From positions 1 to 31,315 of the forward strand of contig JBHLNT010000034.1 of assembly GCA_048941265.1 (NCBI GenBank): 31,315 nucleotides of DNA. Direction: 5' to 3'. The notes under the pieces are model-generated. The model was not told the DNA's origin. It made no database searches and worked only from the letters and a program-made list of their open reading frames with translations. A program made the position numbers and the translations under genes. Shown one piece after another: positions 27,888 to 31,315 of the stretch. Source of the DNA: Promethearchaeota archaeon (lineage in GTDB: Archaea > Asgardarchaeota > Lokiarchaeia > Sigyniarchaeales > SOKP01). The number at the start of each line of letters is the position of its first letter. The first letter of the stretch is position 1.

Positions 27888-28065
27888 ATTTTCAGTTGTT
27901 AAGCAAATCGCTTAGCGTCCGGAAGTTAAACTTTTTTACGTTGTCAATAGTACTGTAGTTGCAATCTATGGGAACTGACAAACTGTTGCTTCGGCTACGG
28001 TCATGGTAATAGAGGATAATACCCGGTCCCATCCGAACCCGGAAAACGCATAAACAACTGAAAAT
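27888..28065 (+). other. Precursor processing stem around the permuted 5S gene: 13-bp perfect inverted repeat plus BHB-like motif
   Basis: ATTTTCAGTTGTT (27888-27900) is the exact reverse complement of AACAACTGAAAAT (28053-28065). Inside it: GCGT/ACGC, an AAA bulge, a CCGG/CCGG 4-bp helix and an AA(G) bulge. Confidence 0.85.
27925..28044 (+). rRNA. rrf: 5S rRNA gene, circularly permuted (3' half 27925-27989, UUCG linker 27990-27993, 5' half 27994-28044)
   Basis: The 5' half holds CCCATCCGAACCCGGAA (loop C with the conserved CCGAAC). The 3' half holds GTTAAAC, loop E AGTA/GAA and the helices TTGTCA/TGACAA and CTGTAG/CTATGG. All five 5S helices form once 28044 is joined to 27925. Length 120 nt. 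Confidence 0.92.
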
Positions 28066-28085
28066 GTTCGGTATTTTTATGGTAC

Positions 28086-28095
28086 TTTTTTTTTT
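28086..28095 (+). terminator. Oligo-T terminator candidate of the 5S precursor
   Basis: T10 run 20 nt after the 3' arm of the processing stem. Confidence 0.55.
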
Positions 28096-28218
28096 ATTTC
28101 TTTTTTAAAATATAATTATGTCTAGTGAACTGATTATTTTAATTTAATCAAGAATTAATTTTTTATTCTATAAAGTATATCATTAAATATCCTAATATCG
28201 CCCCCCACGGATGATTAC

Positions 28219-28827
28219 ATGCCTAACAAAATTGTAATTTTTTTAAAAAGAATTATAAAATTATGGTTTATCATTCTGATTCTAGCTATACTTATAATAT
28301 ATCTTTATTATCCAACCCCTGCAATATGGATAACTGTGATTAGCATAATTATAATAGCTTTGTCATTTATCCCGGGTCTTTATTTAAAGCTTAGATTAAT
28401 TAAGTTCATGAAGGAATATTATAGAATTGATGATAAAACAATTGCGAAATATTTTGGGAAACCTTTGAGAAAAATTCAAAATAAAATGTTTGTTTTGTCT
28501 CAAAAGCAGGAGGGAAACAGTTGGTTGTACAGACTTTTAAGAAGGATATATGAACCATCTTTAAAGCTAGGAAAGAAGAAATGGCTAATCATTTTCTACA
28601 ATAAACAATATATCTTTTACCACATGGAAACTATTGAAAAAATAAAATCGCTCTATGAAAAGGGTTATAGCGATAAAGAAATGCTTGAAGATCTTAAAGA
28701 ATTTGAAATTAAAAGTAGGGATGAAATTAAAGCAATTATTGAAACATTAATAAAATATAAAACACTTAGCGAGAGGGAAATTTCTGTCAAAGAACGCCGA
28801 GAAAAAAAGCGGTTTGAAAATTTATAA
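28219..28827 (+). CDS. Hypothetical membrane protein
   Basis: Two N-terminal TM helices followed by a basic soluble domain. Confidence 0.75.
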   Translation: MPNKIVIFLKRIIKLWFIILILAILIIYLYYPTPAIWITVISIIIIALSFIPGLYLKLRLIKFMKEYYRIDDKTIAKYFGKPLRKIQNKMFVLSQKQEGNSWLYRLLRRIYEPSLKLGKKKWLIIFYNKQYIFYHMETIEKIKSLYEKGYSDKEMLEDLKEFEIKSRDEIKAIIETLIKYKTLSEREISVKERREKKRFENL

Positions 28828-28863
28828 CTGAGAGATCTAAAATAATAAAAAAAATATATGGAG

Positions 28864-29154
28864 TTAAATATCTCCAAATTCTATATCAAAATTATAATAT
28901 TTTCTCACTGGTTTTTTTACATTCCAGATACATTTTAATCCCTTTTCAAATTGAACGAGATCTCCCTTACCGAACTCAATTTTCTCTCCGGTTTTAGGAT
29001 CGGAGACTTCCACTTCTCCTTCTAGGATATAACAAGTTTCTGTATCTCCATATGACCAATCAAATTCACTTACTTCCTTGGTCCAGGTACCCCAAGATTC
29101 TACCTTTAACTTTTTCAATTCATCTTCAGATGGAATTTTTTTTTTCATTTTCAT
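28864..29154 (-). CDS. Cupin (DUF861 / cupin_3) protein
   Basis: WGTWTKEVSEFDWSY, ETCYILEGEV, GDLVQF..G..C.W.V...VRKYY. Confidence 0.9.
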   Translation of the reverse strand: MKMKKKIPSEDELKKLKVESWGTWTKEVSEFDWSYGDTETCYILEGEVEVSDPKTGEKIEFGKGDLVQFEKGLKCIWNVKKPVRKYYNFDIEFGDI

Positions 29155-29482
29155 ATTAATTCACTTCTGTTATCGACTTTTTATCTAAAATTTGATTTTG
29201 AGATATTTTATTATAAGAAAGAGCAAAATTTATAATTTTAAGTAAAATCTCTATTTTAAAATGAAAAATAAGAAAACCTAAATTTTTTTTGATTTATGTT
29301 TTTTACTTTTCGTTTAATATAATTTTTAATAATGATAATTTTATTAGAGAATTAAAAAATTAAAAAAAACACAAATATAAAAAATTTTATTTAGAATTAA
29401 GGTAAATAAAAATTATCTTTAATTAAGTATTATATAAATTTTATTTCATAAAAAAGTTAAATCAAATCAATAGGGTTCATCG

Positions 29483-30004
29483 ATGACAAAAAAGTTTATA
29501 CTGAAAATCCTTACTGCAGGAGAAGGTGGCGTCGGTAAAACAACACTTCTTCATCGATACGTTGAGGGCAAGTTCAGCGCAGACACAAAAATGACAATAG
29601 GTGTGGAATTCTTTTTAAAAGAGATAGATCTTGACGGAAAACAATGTACACTTCAACTTTGGGATTTTGGTGGACAAGAAAGATTTAGATTCTTATTAGA
29701 GAGTTATGTTCTAGGAGCAAAAGGAGCCCTATTAATGTTTGATTTAACCCGGCCAATGACATTGGAAAATTTGCAGCAATGGGTATCTATCTGTCGTAAA
29801 GGAGACTCAAAGCTTCCTATTTTATTCTTAGGGACAAAATTAGATTTAGTAAATGACATAATGGTTGATGATGATTATGCCTTATCTTTCAAACAACAGT
29901 TTGAATTATTTGATTATATGAAAATATCCTCTAAATCTGGGGAAAATGTTGCAGAAGCGTTTGAATTATTAACAAAAAAGATTTTAGAGCGACAAACCTA
30001 TTGA
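29483..30004 (+). CDS. Rab/Ras-like small GTPase
   Basis: G1 GEGGVGKT, G2 TIGVEF, G3 WDFGGQERF, G4 GTKLD and G5 SSK. No C-terminal Cys prenylation motif. Confidence 0.95.
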   Translation: MTKKFILKILTAGEGGVGKTTLLHRYVEGKFSADTKMTIGVEFFLKEIDLDGKQCTLQLWDFGGQERFRFLLESYVLGAKGALLMFDLTRPMTLENLQQWVSICRKGDSKLPILFLGTKLDLVNDIMVDDDYALSFKQQFELFDYMKISSKSGENVAEAFELLTKKILERQTY

Positions 30005-30450
30005 GCTCGCAAAAAAAAAAAGAGGATAATGTTGTAGTATTCGATTCTAATTTTATTTTACTTCCCTTCCAATTCAAGATTGATTATTTAAGTGATATCT
30101 ATTTACATTTAGAAGGAAGAACGCGATTTTATATTTTTAAACAAAGTTTAGACGAAATTGAAGCAAAAATTAGAAGAGAACCTAAAACTAGAAAGCTAAA
30201 GAGACAATATAAGGGAGCTATGGCATATTTAGATAAAAATGAGAGGATTTATCCTATTTATTTTATTGATGAAATTAAGGATGAAAAAGAAACTACAGAT
30301 GATTTTCTATTAAAATGGTGTATAAGGTTTAAGAACGATTATAAAAAAGTCTTTTTAGCAACAAATGATGCTCAATTTCGCAAAAAAGCAAAAAATTCCC
30401 ATCTAAATCTCATATTTCTTCGACAAAAAAAATATTTAGTAATAGAATGA
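30001..30450 (+). CDS. PIN-domain nuclease, archaeal Fcf1/Utp24-like
   Basis: VVFDSNFILLPFQFKID, DEIE, TDD, ATND and IFLRQKKYL, with the acidic tetrad apparently intact. The start overlaps the GTPase stop (TTGA). Confidence 0.85.
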   Translation: MSSQKKKEDNVVVFDSNFILLPFQFKIDYLSDIYLHLEGRTRFYIFKQSLDEIEAKIRREPKTRKLKRQYKGAMAYLDKNERIYPIYFIDEIKDEKETTDDFLLKWCIRFKNDYKKVFLATNDAQFRKKAKNSHLNLIFLRQKKYLVIE

Positions 30451-30794
30451 AGCTAAATCTGTTAGTTTTGGAGATAATTTTGATTAGTAGTGAAGAGCCT
30501 AAGCGAATTTTATATCTTTAAATGATACTCATTTTATGTTAAATGTTAAGATCTGGATTTATAAAAGAAATCATAAACCATAAATAAAAAATTTAAGATT
30601 AATTTTTTAAGATGTATAAAATTTATTTAATAAATTTATCTATTCTCAAAATATATTAAGACTATTAAATTGTTCAAATTAAAGACATAGAAATTGATCT
30701 ATATCAAAATGGGATATTAGCTAAAAATTTTAAAATATTTAACATTAAACAATCAGTTAATTAAATTATCAATATAATAGAGAAGAATATTCTG

Positions 30795-31313
30795 ATGAGT
30801 AAACCTATTGTCTTAAAAGTATTAACAGCCGGGGAAGGCGGGGTTGGAAAAACAACTCTACTTCATAGATATGTCGAGGGAAAATTCTCTTCTGAGACTA
30901 AGATGACAATAGGTGTAGAGTTTTTTTTGAAAGAACTTAATATTGATGGGCAAAAAGTTATGTTGCAGCTTTGGGATTTTGGAGGGCAAGAGAGGTTCAG
31001 ATTTTTGCTAGAAAGTTATGTTATTGGAGCCCGTGGAGCATTACTTATGTTTGATTTGACTAGAACAATGACTTTAGAAAATATTGACCAATGGGTCCAA
31101 ATAGTACGTAAAGAGGATCCTGAATTACCTATCTTGTTTTTGGGATCTAAATCAGACTTGGAAAATGATATTTGCGTAGCAGAAGATTATATTGAGGAGT
31201 TCAAACAACAATTTCAGATGTATGATTTTTTACGTATTTCTTCCAAAACAGGTGAAAATGTGGAACTTAGTTTTGAAAGCTTGACCAGAGAAATTTTAAA
31301 GAAAATTTTATAG
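30795..31313 (+). CDS. Rab/Ras-like small GTPase, paralog 2
   Basis: Same G1-G3 motifs, G4 GSKSD. About 70% identical to 29483..30004 by manual alignment. Stop TAG at 31311-31313. Confidence 0.95.
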   Translation: MSKPIVLKVLTAGEGGVGKTTLLHRYVEGKFSSETKMTIGVEFFLKELNIDGQKVMLQLWDFGGQERFRFLLESYVIGARGALLMFDLTRTMTLENIDQWVQIVRKEDPELPILFLGSKSDLENDICVAEDYIEEFKQQFQMYDFLRISSKTGENVELSFESLTREILKKIL

Positions 31314-31315
31314 TT

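Noticed and set aside
27960-28050. tRNA, suggested by TTCG and CCGAACCC motifs
   Set aside because: No cloverleaf can be built, and the motifs are explained by the 5S helix I cap and loop C.
27888-28065. Reading the 13-bp inverted repeat as MITE/IS ends, or the locus as a broken tandem of normal 5S genes
   Set aside because: The interior is entirely 5S sequence, with no evident target-site duplication or transposase. The halves are joined by just UUCG, no leftover halves exist outside, and the flanks form a BHB-like motif in exact register.
1686-28877. Short ORFs antisense to longer genes (1686, 2438, 2930, 6035, 6509, 9178, 11609, 11803, 14992, 16380, 17635, 18402, 19384, 19777, 23065, 24255, 28665)
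   Set aside because: They overlap well-supported genes on the opposite strand and carry no motifs, so they are treated as shadow ORFs.
29160-29480. TATA/BRE boxes and A/T palindromes in intergenic regions (also 20570-20820, 27833-27847, 30480-30790)
   Set aside because: The background is so AT-rich that such matches are uninformative without transcript data.
1-31315. CRISPR arrays, transposases/integrases, selenoprotein UGA readthrough
   Set aside because: No regularly spaced repeats, no recombinase motifs and no convincing in-frame UGA extension were seen by eye.

Overview
AT-rich archaeal chromosomal window, very probably from an Asgard archaeon of the Lokiarchaeia type. The basis is an eL22-like ribosomal protein, two Rab-like small GTPases, archaeal aIF2-gamma, TFS, form III RuBisCO and LysW. 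It contains about 30 CDSs: an ABC-2 exporter, hydrolases and GNATs, a radical SAM protein, a degenerate phosphohexomutase, an MFS transporter, LysW, UvrC, R15P isomerase plus RuBisCO, a PaaK-like ligase, eL22, CitG, TFS, a RecJ/Cdc45-like DHH protein, surface proteins including a C25 peptidase, an HhH-fused aIF2-gamma, a cupin, a PIN nuclease and the GTPases. The standout is non-coding: 27925-28044 is a circularly permuted 5S rRNA gene. Its 3' half comes first and is joined to the 5' half by a cUUCGg tetraloop that caps helix I. It sits in a 13-bp processing stem with a bulge-helix-bulge-like motif. Cutting at the standard BHB positions and ligating would give a 120-nt circular RNA with an exactly restored 5S helix III. 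All calls come from reading motifs by eye; no database searches were run.
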